Assembly: GCA_963797495.1 (NCBI GenBank)
Contig: CAWCPN010000002.1
Location: 3,815,880-3,879,879 of the forward strand
Source of the DNA: an uncultured Acidobacteriota bacterium
GTDB lineage: Bacteria; Acidobacteriota; Thermoanaerobaculia; UBA5066; Gp7-AA6
Reading direction: 5' to 3'
DNA: 64,000 bases
Shown here: positions 32,615 to 42,970 of the stretch, in pieces
Layout: every line of letters begins with the position of its first letter
Numbering within the stretch: the first letter of the stretch is position 1
Program-made: the position numbers and the translations under genes
The notes under the pieces: generated by a model
What the model saw: only the letters and a program-made list of their open reading frames with translations
Told to the model about the DNA's origin: nothing
The model's database searches: none

Positions 32615-34758
32615 GCGAGGGCCCACGCGATCTGCTGCCACAGACCGAGAAGGCAGGCGGCCCAGCCGATGTACTTGACGGGTGCCCGTGCGGAGAGGAC
32701 GCGGGTCGCGGCCTTCCCGCGTCCGAGCACCTTCGAGTCGTTCAGGCGGTTCCAGTCCCAGGCGTTTTGGCGGTCGGGGTCCACGACCGCCCAGGCGAGC
32801 TTCGAGCCGTAGCGGATCCGGTATCGGACCCAGCGCGCGGCCGCGGGCAGGTCGCGCTCGAGGATCGTTCCGTCCTCGAAGGCGATCCGGGCGTGGGCGC
32901 CGTGCTCCCAGTCGCCCGTGTTGCCGAAGAGGACGAGCGAGTCATAGATTCGGGGTTCCGTCTGCGCGGTCGGTGCCGGCGCCGATCCGGCCTTCTCCGG
33001 TTGGACGAGCCGCCCCTCTTCGAGCGTGACGCGCCCGGAGGTCCGGTCGAAGACGCCCTCGTCCGGCTGGGCTCTTCGGCTCGATGCCGTCACGACTTCC
33101 CAGTCCAGGCGCGCCGCGCCCTCGATGAGGCTGCGTCGGTACGTCGAGAGGTCCCGGCCCGAGACGCGTTCGAAGGTCCGGAAGAAATCGGAGGTCGACG
33201 GGTGCCGGAACGACCACTCCTGGAAGTAGGCGCGCTGCGCCCGGGAAAAGACCTGCGAACCGAGGTCGTTCTTGAGCTGCGCCATGAAGAGCCCGACCTT
33301 GGGATAGGAGTTCACCTTGTAGGACGTGCTCGAGGCGTAGCACCAGGCGCATCGCCGGATCGGGTCGAGATTGGGAAGCAGCGTGTACTCGAGGTGCGCG
33401 AGCGACAGGGAGTCGGTCCCGATCCCGCCGGGCAGCCGGGCCATGTCGCGCGGCCCGTAGGCGAGAGCCATGGCGCGGTGTTCCGAGTCGTCGTTGAGGC
33501 CCTCGTCGAGCCAGGACTCCTCGAACTCGTTGGATCCGACCATGCCGTACCAGTACTGGTGCCCGAACTCGTGGATCGTCGTGACCTCGAGGATCCGGAC
33601 GCGCTCGAACGGCCAGCGGAGGAGAAACGACTTGAAGACACCGCCGGTGATGAAGGTCGGGTACTCCATCCCGCCCGAGCCCATGCCGTCGTCGGGCGGG
33701 TCCACGACCGTGAGGGTCTCGTAGGGGTAGGCGCCGTACCACAGGCCGTAGAACGCGATCGCCTCCTTGATGCACCGGAGGTATCGGTCCCGGGCCCGCG
33801 ATGCGTGGTCGGGCTGGAGAAGGAGGCGGACCCGGACGGGCTTCAAGGCGATCTCGGCCTCGGTCATGCCGAGCTCGTCGGCGGCCTTCGCGGCCCACCC
33901 GGCGGGAACGTCGCGAGCCGGATCGAACGTGAACTCGGTCACGAGGAATCGCGGGTCGGCCGTCCAGGCGAAGTCGTGAACCCCGTCCTGGACGTACCGG
34001 TACGTCGTCCGGTCGCCGGTCGTCGTCTCGGAAACCCGTTTCCCGGTGGCCCCGACGATGAACCGCGACGGCACGGTCATCGAGACGTCGAAGTTGCCGA
34101 AGTCGGCGTAGAACTCGGAGTTTCCGTGGAACGCGTGGCAGTTCCAGCCTCCCGATCTGCGCTCGCGCATGCCCGCCGGCTCGTAGACGCCGATCTTCGG
34201 ATACCACTGACCGACGAGGAAGTAGTCCCGGACGAAGCCGGTCCTCGCGAAGATCTTCGGAAGCTTCGCCGTGAAGTCGATATCGAGGGTGATCTCTCCC
34301 CGGGGCGGCACGGGGGAGGGCAGGGGCACCGCCAGGACGGTTTCATCGGCCAGGTCGTTGCCGTCGGGCTGGACGAATCGGGCGCCGGGCCTGAGCTCTT
34401 CTCCCCCGGCGGTCTTGATCGAGGCCACATCGATCCAGCCCCAGTCCCGGGCCTTGGGACCGTGCCGATCCCCCCGGAGCTGTCCCCCGGATTCGCGCAT
34501 GAACGTCGACTCGTCGTTCTTGAAGGCGTTCAGGTACAGGTGAAAGCGCAACTCGGCGACCGTGTCGTCCGACGGGTTGCGCCAGATCAGCCGCTCGTGG
34601 CCCTCGAGGATCTTCGTCGACGGATCGAGGGCCACCTCGATCCGGTATTCCACGACGGGTGGCGAGGGGAGTTCCGCGGCTCCGACGGTTCTCGCGGCCG
34701 GCAGGGTCGCGGCCGCGAGCGCCAGCGCCGCTCCGAAGAGCCCCCGAGGATTTTCCAT
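32611..34758 (-). CDS. M1 family zinc aminopeptidase (secreted; C-terminal membrane anchor likely)
   Basis: GGMEYP, HEFGH-x18-E (WLDEGL), YPK; signal peptide; hydrophobic C-terminus. Confidence 0.92.
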   Translation of the reverse strand: MENPRGLFGAALALAAATLPAARTVGAAELPSPPVVEYRIEVALDPSTKILEGHERLIWRNPSDDTVAELRFHLYLNAFKNDESTFMRESGGQLRGDRHGPKARDWGWIDVASIKTAGGEELRPGARFVQPDGNDLADETVLAVPLPSPVPPRGEITLDIDFTAKLPKIFARTGFVRDYFLVGQWYPKIGVYEPAGMRERRSGGWNCHAFHGNSEFYADFGNFDVSMTVPSRFIVGATGKRVSETTTGDRTTYRYVQDGVHDFAWTADPRFLVTEFTFDPARDVPAGWAAKAADELGMTEAEIALKPVRVRLLLQPDHASRARDRYLRCIKEAIAFYGLWYGAYPYETLTVVDPPDDGMGSGGMEYPTFITGGVFKSFLLRWPFERVRILEVTTIHEFGHQYWYGMVGSNEFEESWLDEGLNDDSEHRAMALAYGPRDMARLPGGIGTDSLSLAHLEYTLLPNLDPIRRCAWCYASSTSYKVNSYPKVGLFMAQLKNDLGSQVFSRAQRAYFQEWSFRHPSTSDFFRTFERVSGRDLSTYRRSLIEGAARLDWEVVTASSRRAQPDEGVFDRTSGRVTLEEGRLVQPEKAGSAPAPTAQTEPRIYDSLVLFGNTGDWEHGAHARIAFEDGTILERDLPAAARWVRYRIRYGSKLAWAVVDPDRQNAWDWNRLNDSKVLGRGKAATRVLSARAPVKYIGWAACLLGLWQQIAWALA

Positions 34759-34798
34759 GAACGCCGCGAATGCTGCCCCCACGGCATGGCCGAGTCAA

Positions 34799-34804
34799 TA
34801 CAAT
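34799..34804 (+). promoter_or_regulatory. Putative -10 box (TACAAT) 7 nt before the ATG; leaderless promoter candidate
   Basis: Hexamer in the divergent gap; no SD. Confidence 0.5.
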
Positions 34805-34811
34805 TCCGTGG

Positions 34812-35795
34812 ATGCGAGGCGCGCTGCTGACCGGAGGAACGGGCTTCGTCGGCTCACACGTCGCTCGGGCGCTCGCGAAGGAAGGGTGGTCCGTCCGGCT
34901 GCTCGCACGAGACCCGCGAAGAGTGGACGGCGGAGGACTTTCCGGTCTTCCCGTGGAGGTGATCCCCGGGGGCCTCGACGACGAGGCGGCGCTCGCGCAG
35001 GCCGCCGCCGGGACCGCCGCCGTCGTGCACGTGGCCGGCCTGACCAAGGCCCGCACGCTCGAGGAGTACCGCGAGGTCAACCTGCGGGGCACGGAGCGGT
35101 TGCTCCGCGCGGCCGGCAGAGTCTCCCCGGACGCCCACTTCGTGCTGGTCTCGAGCCAGGCCGCCGCCGGACCGTCGATCGGCGGCCGCCCGGTCGGCCA
35201 TGATGATCCGGCGCGGCCGGTTTCCTGGTACGGCCAGTCCAAGCGCGAGGCCGAGGTCGCCGTCGAACGCGCATGGAGAGGGCCGTGGACGGTCCTGCGG
35301 CCCGGGGTCATCTTCGGCCCGGGAGATCGCAGCCTGTTCGTCTATTTCAAGATGGCGTCGACCGGCTGGATCCCCGTGCCGGCGGCCAGGACACGGGTCC
35401 AGCTGATCGGGGCCGAGCGGACGGCCCTGGCCGTGGCCCGCGCTGCCGGCCGGCGGGACCTCGGCGGTCGTGTCCGGTTCCTTTGCGATCCGCAGCCGGT
35501 TTCCGTCGGCGAGCTCGCCGCCGGGATCGTCAGCGCTTCGGGGAGGGCAGGCCGCCTCATTCCCGTGCCCGATCTCTTCGTCCGAATGCTCGGAGGCGCC
35601 GAAACGGTCGTGGAAAGATTGACCGGACGATCGCGTCCGTTCAATGCGGACAAGGCCCGGGAGCTGCTGGCCGGGGACTGGCTTTGCGATCCCGAGCCCC
35701 TGGCCCGGGAGCTCTCCCTGCCGGCCCCGCCGCCCCTGTCCGAGGGTCTTTCGGCCGCCTGGGCCTGGTACCGGCAGGCCGGGTGGCTTTCTTGA
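34812..35795 (+). CDS. Extended SDR / NAD-dependent epimerase-dehydratase family; CerR-like ceramide reductase candidate
   Basis: [24 protein letters not shown] (YxxxK); directly upstream of the Spt-like gene. Confidence 0.8.
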   Translation: MRGALLTGGTGFVGSHVARALAKEGWSVRLLARDPRRVDGGGLSGLPVEVIPGGLDDEAALAQAAAGTAAVVHVAGLTKARTLEEYREVNLRGTERLLRAAGRVSPDAHFVLVSSQAAAGPSIGGRPVGHDDPARPVSWYGQSKREAEVAVERAWRGPWTVLRPGVIFGPGDRSLFVYFKMASTGWIPVPAARTRVQLIGAERTALAVARAAGRRDLGGRVRFLCDPQPVSVGELAAGIVSASGRAGRLIPVPDLFVRMLGGAETVVERLTGRSRPFNADKARELLAGDWLCDPEPLARELSLPAPPPLSEGLSAAWAWYRQAGWLS

Positions 35796-35822
35796 GGGGC
35801 CCGGGCGAAACTTTGTAAAATT

Positions 35823-35831
35823 TGCTAAGAT
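35823..35831 (+). promoter_or_regulatory. Extended -10 TGcTAAGAT upstream of the spt-like gene
   Basis: AT-rich patch ctttgtaaaatttgctaagat; SD ggag follows. Confidence 0.5.
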
Positions 35832-35868
35832 CCGCCCGCCAACTCGGCAACAAAGGCAGGGGGGAGCC

Positions 35869-37111
35869 ATGAGCAAAGTCGCTCGGGCGACGAGGCCGGA
35901 AGCGGTGGGGACTGCTCCGGTCTTCGAAAAATGCTATCGGTACGAGGATGCGAGTCGCGTCCGGCAAACCGGCTTCTATTCCTTTTTCCGGGTGATCGAA
36001 TCGGCCCAGGATCCCGAGGTCGTTCTCGACGGCCGGCGCCTCGTGATGATGGGGTCGAACAACTATCTCGGTCTGACCAACGATCCGCGCGTCAAGGAAG
36101 CGGCGATCGAAGCGATTCGAAAATACGGATCGGGTTGCGCCGGCAGCCGGTTCCTGAACGGAACGCTGGATCTTCACGTTCGGCTGGAAGAGCGACTCGC
36201 CCAGTTCATGCGGCAGGAAGCAGCCGTGACGTTTTCGACGGGCTTCCAGGTCAACCTGGGCGCGATCGCCTGCCTCGTGGGCAAGGGCGACACGGTCTAT
36301 CTCGACAAGCAGGATCACGCCTGCATCATCGATGGCGCGCGCCTGTCGTTCGGCGACGTCAAGAAGTTCAAGCACAGCGATCCGGCCGACCTGCGCCGGC
36401 AGATGCGCAACGACGGGGAGGCCAAGGGGCGACTCGTCGTGGTCGACGGTGTCTTCTCCATGGAGGGGGACGTCGCGCCCCTGCCCGAGATCGTCGGCGT
36501 GGCGCGCGAGTTCGGGGCGGGAGTGATGGTCGACGACGCCCACGGCATCGGCGTGCTCGGCCGGACGGGCCGGGGCACCGCCGAGCACTTCGGCCTCGAA
36601 CAAGAGGTCGACCTGATCATGGGGACGTTCTCGAAGTCGATGGCCTCCGTTGGCGGATTCATCGCCGGCAACGCCACCGTGATCGATTACGTGAAGCACC
36701 GCGCCCGCACGCTCGATCTTTTCGGCGGCGCCGCCTCCGGCCTCCGCGGCAGCCGCGCTGGCAACCGTCGAGATCATGGACCGGGAGCCGGAGCGCCGGG
36801 ATCGGCTGTGGGAGAACACCCGCTTCTTCGCGGAGGGCCTGAGATCGCTCGGCCTCGATACCGGCGAGTCGCGCACGCCCGTCGTCCCGGTCGTCGTGGG
36901 CGAGGACCTGGTCGCGCTGCGCATGGTCCACCGCCTCCAGGAGGAGGGCGTCTTCGTGAACTGCGTGCTTTCGCCCGCGACCCCTCCGGGCCGCGCGCTG
37001 ATCCGGACGTCGCTGATGGCGACGCACTCCCGCGCGCAGCTCGAGAGGGTCCTCGACGCGTTCGAGAAGGTCGGCCGCGAGGTCGGGATCGTGCGCGCCA
37101 GCGCAGTCTGA
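35869..37111 (+). CDS. spt: Alpha-oxoamine synthase, serine palmitoyltransferase-like; one extra base near 36715
   Basis: [44 protein letters not shown] (PLP Lys), SPATP loop; removing one base restores [10 protein letters not shown] into ORF 36776..37111. Confidence 0.75.
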
Positions 37112-37139
37112 ACCGGTCGCGCCGCCGTCGAGCATTCGC

Positions 37140-38279
37140 ATGCCTTCGGATGTCGTGATTCAGCGCATCGGCCGGGGAAAGGCCGATCTGGAGCGTTTCT
37201 TCGACGTCGCCGACCGGATCTACGCCGGGGACCCGCACTGGGTGGCGCCACTGCGATCGGACCTCGCCAAGGTCTTCCAGGACGACAACCCGCTTTTTCG
37301 GCACGGCGAGATTCAGCTCTTCGTCGCGCGGCGCGGCGGAGAGGACGTCGGCCGCGTCGCTGCGATCCTCGATCGCAATCACAACGAGTTTCACGGAGAG
37401 AAGGCGGCATTCTTCGGCTTCTTCGAAGCCGTCGACGACGCGGTCGTCGCCGCCCGTCTCCTCGACGCGGCCGCGCTCTGGGGGCGCGAGCGGAAGATGA
37501 CGGTGCTCCGGGGGCCGACGAACCCGACCCTCAACGACGAGGCCGGACTCCTGGTCGAGGGCTTCGATTCACCGCCGGTCGTGATGATGACGTACAACCC
37601 CCGATCCTACGCGGACCTGATCGAAGGACAGGGCTTTCGGAAGGCCAAGGATCTCCTGGCCTACTGGTTCCCCCTCGAGGAGCGACCGCTCGAACGCCTG
37701 TCCCGGGTGGCCGATCGGTTCCGGAGGCGCTCGCCGGAGATCCGCGTCCGCAATGTCACGCGGTCGGGCCTCGCCCGCGATCTCGCGAAGATCCGGGAGG
37801 TCTACAACGAAGCCTGGGAGAAGAACTGGGGCTTCGTTCCGATGACCCCGGAAGAGATGGACTTCATGGCGGAGCGGCTCAAGCCCCTCCTCGTCGCCGA
37901 GCTGCTCTGGATTGCCGAGGCGCCGAAGGCCGACGGCTCTCTCGAGCCGATCGCCTTCATGCTGATGTTGCCCGACTACAACGTGGCTCTCGCCCCGACG
38001 CGGGGGCGGCTGCTGCCCTTCGGGTGGTTGAAGTTCCTGCTCGCCCGGCGCCGCATCCGCACCGTGCGGGTCGTGACTCTCGGGGTCAAGGGGCCCTGGC
38101 GGATGTCGGGTGTCCAGTCGATCATGATGGCGGATTCGCTGCGGTTCCTCCTGGGCAAGGGCTACACCGGCGCCGAGGTGTCCTGGCTGCTCGAGGACAA
38201 CGAGCTCGTGATCGCCGCCGTGCGGCTCTGGGGCGGCAAGCTCTACAAGACCTACCGGATCTACGAGAAACCGCTGTAG
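37140..38279 (+). CDS. GNAT-fold acyltransferase; bacterial ceramide synthase (bCerS)-like
   Basis: 379 aa: [35 protein letters not shown]+[13 protein letters not shown]; directly downstream of spt. Confidence 0.75.
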   Translation: MPSDVVIQRIGRGKADLERFFDVADRIYAGDPHWVAPLRSDLAKVFQDDNPLFRHGEIQLFVARRGGEDVGRVAAILDRNHNEFHGEKAAFFGFFEAVDDAVVAARLLDAAALWGRERKMTVLRGPTNPTLNDEAGLLVEGFDSPPVVMMTYNPRSYADLIEGQGFRKAKDLLAYWFPLEERPLERLSRVADRFRRRSPEIRVRNVTRSGLARDLAKIREVYNEAWEKNWGFVPMTPEEMDFMAERLKPLLVAELLWIAEAPKADGSLEPIAFMLMLPDYNVALAPTRGRLLPFGWLKFLLARRRIRTVRVVTLGVKGPWRMSGVQSIMMADSLRFLLGKGYTGAEVSWLLEDNELVIAAVRLWGGKLYKTYRIYEKPL

Positions 38280-38297
38280 CCGGCGTGCCGCGCCGGC
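38279..38297. terminator. 7-bp GC hairpin between convergent genes (possible bidirectional terminator)
   Basis: gccggcg-tgccg-cgccggc; no U-tract. Confidence 0.3.
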
Positions 38298-38312
38298 CCG
38301 TCCGCCGAACGG

Positions 38313-39179
38313 CTACGCCGCCGCTCTTCGCCCGGCCATCGCCCGGTCGTAGATCCAGTCCCCCAGGGGCACGCTCGCGAAGGCCAGCGCCGTCCCCGCG
38401 ATCAGGTCGACGACGTAGTGGAAACGGCAGAAGACGGTCGAGATGATCAGACCGGTAGCGATCGGCAACAGGATCCAGAAGACGTCGCGGGCCCGCTTCC
38501 AGGCCACCAGCAGGACGGCGACCGAGATCATGGTGTGGCCGGAAGGGAAGACGTCGAGCTTGGTCTTCTCGAGGTGATTGATCGTGTCATCGATGAAGCG
38601 CGCGACCGGAGTCTGCGTGAGCGACTCGGTGTAGAGGGACAACTGGGCGAAGCGGGGCCCGAGGGCCGGGATGGTGAAGTACCCGGCATAGGAGACGTAG
38701 TAGACGACCATCAAGGTGAAAACGTAGCGCCGCGCCGTCGCCCGGTCGCGGGCCCAGAGCACCAGGCCGAGCGACAGGGCGATGAAGTAGTAGGTCGAAT
38801 AGAAGATGTAGAAGATGTCGTTGACTCCGGGGCGGGCGAAGCGCTCCAGCCAGACGGTCACGTCCACGCCGAAGATCGCGCGGTCGGCGGCGATCAGCAG
38901 CTCGTCGCGCGGCCCCCCGCGGGTCGCCATGATCAGCGGAGACAGCGTGTTGAACAGGATCGGCAGAAAAATGGCGGGGTAGAAGTCCAGGAAGAGCGTC
39001 ACGGGTGCCGGGAGCCGATCCTCCCTCTTGGCCAGCGGAACGATCACCGCAATCACCCCCGCGAGCGCGCCGTAGGCCATCAGGTTCCCGCCCGGGTTGG
39101 CCAGGCGGTCATGGAAGACCACCGTCAGAATCGCGAGCACCGCGATCGCCCCCAGGTGGATGGCCTCGGTCGGTCGCAT
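38313..39179 (-). CDS. PAP2-superfamily membrane phosphatase/phosphotransferase, Aur1/IPC-synthase-like
   Basis: Multi-TM; FYSTYYF, IPALGP, FPSGH and RFHYVVD motifs. Confidence 0.8.
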   Translation of the reverse strand: MRPTEAIHLGAIAVLAILTVVFHDRLANPGGNLMAYGALAGVIAVIVPLAKREDRLPAPVTLFLDFYPAIFLPILFNTLSPLIMATRGGPRDELLIAADRAIFGVDVTVWLERFARPGVNDIFYIFYSTYYFIALSLGLVLWARDRATARRYVFTLMVVYYVSYAGYFTIPALGPRFAQLSLYTESLTQTPVARFIDDTINHLEKTKLDVFPSGHTMISVAVLLVAWKRARDVFWILLPIATGLIISTVFCRFHYVVDLIAGTALAFASVPLGDWIYDRAMAGRRAAA

Positions 39180-39234
39180 GCGCACGCGCCTTTATAACCG
39201 AGGCCGGCCGCGTGCGATAGACTCGCAACCGTCC

Positions 39235-40539
39235 ATGAAAGTCCGTGTGTGGCTCGCCGCCGCGTTGCTCGCGGTCGCGGGTGCCGCTCCGGCGGCCGAG
39301 CCGGCCCCGCTCGTGCTGTCGGGTCGGATCGACACCCCGATCCAGCCGGCGTCGGCCGACTACCTGAAACGGCTCCTGGTCGGCGCCGAGGCGGACGGAG
39401 CGGCGCTCGTCGTCGTGACGCTCTCGACCCCGGGAGGACTGCTGGCCTCGACCCGCGAAATGAGCTCCGCGATACTCGCCTCCCGCGTGCCGGTCGCCAC
39501 CTACGTTGCACCCTCGGGAGCGCAGGCTGCCTCCGCCGGCTTCTTTCTGCTGCTCTCCGGAGACGTTGCGGCAATGGCCCCCGGCACCAACACCGGTGCC
39601 GCCCACCCGGTCGGGGGCGAAGGGCAGGATCTGCCGAAGACGTTGAACGAGAAAGCCGAGCAGGATGCGCGCGCATTCGTGCGGACCCTGGCCCGCGAGC
39701 GGGGGCGCAACGTCGGGAAGGCGGAGGCCGCCGTCGAGAAGAGCGTTTCGTACACCGAGACGGAAGCGCGGGAGGCCGGCCTGGTCGAGATCATCGCCCG
39801 GGACGTCCCCGATCTCGTCGCCCAGCTCGACGGACGGTCCCTGCGCCGCGTCGGCGGGGGCGAGACCCGGCTCGCGCTGTCGGGGGCGCGCATCGAGACC
39901 CGCGACATGGGACGGATGGAGAAGATCCTCGGGATCGTGTCGCACCCCAACGTCGCGTACGTGCTCTTCCTCCTCGGCCTGGTCGGCCTGTACTTCGAGC
40001 TCTCGACGCCGGGAGCGATCCTGCCCGGGGTCGTCGGGGGGATCTCGCTCTTGCTCGCGTTGTACGCGTTCTCTGTTCTTCCCGTGAACGTTGCCGGCCT
40101 CGGCCTGATCCTCTTCGCGATCGTCCTCTTCGTGGCCGAGATCAAGGTCGTCAGCCACGGTCTCCTCTCGCTCGGCGGGGCGATCGCTTTGATCGCGGGC
40201 TCGATGCTGCTCTTTACCGGGAAGGGCGACGCGGCAGGCTATCGGGTCGACCTCGGCATCATCGTGCCGGGACTGCTCCTGACGCTCGGCGTCGTGGGAC
40301 TTCTCGCCTGGCGAACCCTCCAGCTTCGGCGGATGCCGCCGCGGACGGGCCTCGATGCCCTGATCGGGGCGGAGGCGCGCGTCGCGGACGGCTTCGGAGC
40401 GGTGTCCGCACGCGGGCGGGTGCAGGTGGTCGGCGAGTACTGGGAGGCGGTCGGCCCGGACGGCCTTTCGGTCGGAGATCCGGTCCGCGTCGTGCGGATC
40501 GACGGAGACACGCTGCGGGTGGAACGGAGGGACGGATGA
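39235..40539 (+). CDS. nfeD: NfeD long form (membrane-bound ClpP-class serine protease)
   Basis: [25 protein letters not shown] bundle (ELSTPG), C-terminal OB domain GEYWEA. Confidence 0.93.
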   Translation: MKVRVWLAAALLAVAGAAPAAEPAPLVLSGRIDTPIQPASADYLKRLLVGAEADGAALVVVTLSTPGGLLASTREMSSAILASRVPVATYVAPSGAQAASAGFFLLLSGDVAAMAPGTNTGAAHPVGGEGQDLPKTLNEKAEQDARAFVRTLARERGRNVGKAEAAVEKSVSYTETEAREAGLVEIIARDVPDLVAQLDGRSLRRVGGGETRLALSGARIETRDMGRMEKILGIVSHPNVAYVLFLLGLVGLYFELSTPGAILPGVVGGISLLLALYAFSVLPVNVAGLGLILFAIVLFVAEIKVVSHGLLSLGGAIALIAGSMLLFTGKGDAAGYRVDLGIIVPGLLLTLGVVGLLAWRTLQLRRMPPRTGLDALIGAEARVADGFGAVSARGRVQVVGEYWEAVGPDGLSVGDPVRVVRIDGDTLRVERRDG

Positions 40540-41294
40540 CGGTTTTCTCACTGCCCGGGTTGGCGATCGCCGGGTTCATCGCGCTGGTCTTTCTCTCGAA
40601 ATGGATCAACGTCCTGAACGAGTACGAGCGCGCGGTCACGTTCTGGCTCGGGCGCCTCGGCAAGACGCCCAAGGGGCCGGGGCTCGTGTTGATTTTCTGG
40701 CCCTTCGAGCGGATGGTCCGCATGTCGCTGCGGACCGTCGTCCACGACGTTCCGTCGCAGGACATCATCACCAAGGACAACGTTTCGGTGAAGGTCAACG
40801 CGGTCGTCTACTTTCGGGTGGTGGCACCCGACAAGGCCGTGGTTCAGGTGGAGAATTATCTCTACGCGACCTCGCAGCTGGCACAGACCACCCTGCGCAG
40901 CGTCCTGGGCCAGGCCCTCCTCGACGAGCTGCTCTCCGAGCGGGAGAAGCTCAACCTCGACCTGCAGAAGGTCATCGACGAGCATACCCAGCCCTGGGGC
41001 ATCAAGGTGTCGCTGGTGGAACTCAAGCAGGTGGACCTCCCGCCCGAGATGCAGCGCGCCATGGCCCGGCAGGCGGAAGCCGAGCGGGAAAAGCGTGCGA
41101 AGATCATCCACGCTCAGGGCGAGCTCCAGGCCGCGACCGCTCTCTCGGAAGCCGCCGAGATCATCGATCGCCAGCCGGCGACGCTCCAGCTCCGATACCT
41201 TCAGACCCTGACGGAGATCGCCAACGAGAAGAACTCGACGATCGTGTTCCCGCTGCCGATCGATCTGATCAAGATGTTCTTCAAGCGCGACTAG
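40536..41294 (+). CDS. Stomatin/SPFH (band 7, slipin) family protein
   Basis: [51 protein letters not shown]. Confidence 0.96.
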   Translation: MTVFSLPGLAIAGFIALVFLSKWINVLNEYERAVTFWLGRLGKTPKGPGLVLIFWPFERMVRMSLRTVVHDVPSQDIITKDNVSVKVNAVVYFRVVAPDKAVVQVENYLYATSQLAQTTLRSVLGQALLDELLSEREKLNLDLQKVIDEHTQPWGIKVSLVELKQVDLPPEMQRAMARQAEAEREKRAKIIHAQGELQAATALSEAAEIIDRQPATLQLRYLQTLTEIANEKNSTIVFPLPIDLIKMFFKRD

Positions 41295-41390
41295 AGGTTC
41301 GCCGGAAAGGCCCGGGTTCCTCCCGAGGCGTTCCCGGGCGTCCTGCCGCGTACCCTTTCCCGGCTCCCTCGGGCAGGCTAAACTCCCGGG

Positions 41391-42068
41391 GTGCCCGAGC
41401 CGCGGACGCACTATCAGATTTCGCTGACCGCACGTCAGGCGGTCGGAGCGTTCCTGGCGCTGCTCGTGGCGCTCGGGGTCGCCTTCTTCTTCGGCCTGAT
41501 GGCGGGCGCGTCCGGGCGGAGCGGCTCCGCTCCGGCCGCGTCGAACGCGACCCGACCGGACGCGGAGATGGCCGAATGGGTTCCGCCCGTCGAGACGGCA
41601 GTGCCGACCGCGGTGGCCCCGTCGGGCCCCCTCGGCTCACGGACCGAGCTCGGCCCCGGAGCGTTCCAGACAACCCCGGGGCCGGGGGAGGCGCCGGTGC
41701 CGACCACACTGCATCCCTTCGAGGACGCTTCCGCGGAAGAGGCCTCGCCCATCGCGTCCGCGTCGGAGGGCCGGGGACCTGCCCCCGGCAGGCCCGTTCC
41801 GGCGCCCGCCGGTGGGCCCGGCGAACGCTTCTGGGTCCAGGTCGCCTCGCTCTCGTCCAGGGACGAGGCGGGTGCGCTCTCGACGCGCCTCGCCCGCCGG
41901 GGGTTCCGGTCCCAGGTGCTCACGGCCGCCGGCCCGAAAGGGAAGGGGCGGGTCTTTCGCGTCCGCGTGGGGCCCTACGGCTCCGAGGACGATGCCAATC
42001 GTGCGGCCGCCAAGCTGACGAAGCAGGAAAACCTGAAATCGCCCTGGGTCGTTCCGGACGGCCAGTGA
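41391..42068 (+). CDS. SPOR-domain cell-division/peptidoglycan-binding protein
   Basis: N-terminal TM, Pro-rich linker, WVQVASL...FRVRVGPY SPOR domain; TAAACT 6 nt before the GTG. Confidence 0.88.
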   Translation: MPEPRTHYQISLTARQAVGAFLALLVALGVAFFFGLMAGASGRSGSAPAASNATRPDAEMAEWVPPVETAVPTAVAPSGPLGSRTELGPGAFQTTPGPGEAPVPTTLHPFEDASAEEASPIASASEGRGPAPGRPVPAPAGGPGERFWVQVASLSSRDEAGALSTRLARRGFRSQVLTAAGPKGKGRVFRVRVGPYGSEDDANRAAAKLTKQENLKSPWVVPDGQ

Positions 42069-42968
42069 GCTCGCCGCTTCCTGTCCGGGCGCCCGAGTGG
42101 ATCCGCGAGCGCAAGCTGCGGCTCTCCGACCTCCACGCGGTCCGCTCCGTGATGCGGGAGAACGGGTTGCACACCGTGTGCGAGGAGGCCCGCTGTCCCA
42201 ATCGCGGCGAGTGCTTTTCCCGCGCGACCGCCACGTTTCTGCTCCTCGGAGACGTGTGCACGCGGGCCTGCGGCTTCTGTCACATCGCGAACGGTCGGCC
42301 CGCTCCCGTCGACCCGATGGAACCGTGGACGGGTTCGCGCGGCCGTCGAGCGGATGGGCCTGCGCTTCGTCGTGCTGACGTCGGTCGACCGGGACGACCT
42401 TCCCGATGGCGGCGCGTTTCAGTTCGCCGAGACGATTCGCGCGGTGCGGACGCTCGAACCGGTGCCGGGTGTCGAGGTGCTGACTCCCGACTTCCGCGGC
42501 CGGCGGGAATCCCTCGCCGCGGTCCTCGAGGCTCGACCCGAAGTCTTCAACCACAACGTGGAGACCGTCGAACGGTTGTACCGTGAGGTCCGGCGCGGGG
42601 CGAAGCTCGAACGCTCGCTCGGCCTGCTGGCTGCCGCCCGGGAAATGGACCCGGGCGTGACCACCAAATCCGGGTTCATGCTGGGTCTCGGGGAGCGCCC
42701 GGACGAGGTTGCCGAGCTTCTGGGCCGCATGCGGGAGGCGGAGGTCGACATCGTCACGATCGGGCAGTACCTGCAGCCATCGCGTGAAAACCTTCCGGTC
42801 GTCGAGTATGTCCGTCCGGAGGTCTTCGAGCTCTATCGCGAGTGGGGGGAGGCGCTGGGGTTCCGCCACGTCTTTTCCGGCCCGTTCGTCCGATCCTCGT
42901 ATCGGGCCGAGGAAGCGCTCGAGGCCGCCGCCGGAGCCGCCCCGCCAGACGCGGGCCGCGTCCGCTAG
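42065..42968 (+). CDS. lipA: Lipoyl synthase, apparent frameshift near 42326
   Basis: CEEARCPNRGEC and CTRACGFC, then VLTSVDRDDL, HNVETV, TKSG.MLGLGE, GPFVRSSY in a second frame. Confidence 0.94.
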
Positions 42969-42970
42969 CC

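Noticed and set aside
35869-37111. Annotation as bioF or kbl
   Set aside because: No bio or tdh genes nearby; the SDR and GNAT neighbours and the PATP loop favour Spt, though this is not proven
41309-41339. gcccggg/cccgggc inverted repeat after the SPFH gene as a terminator or REP
   Set aside because: Long loop, no U-tract, no second copy; expected by chance at this GC
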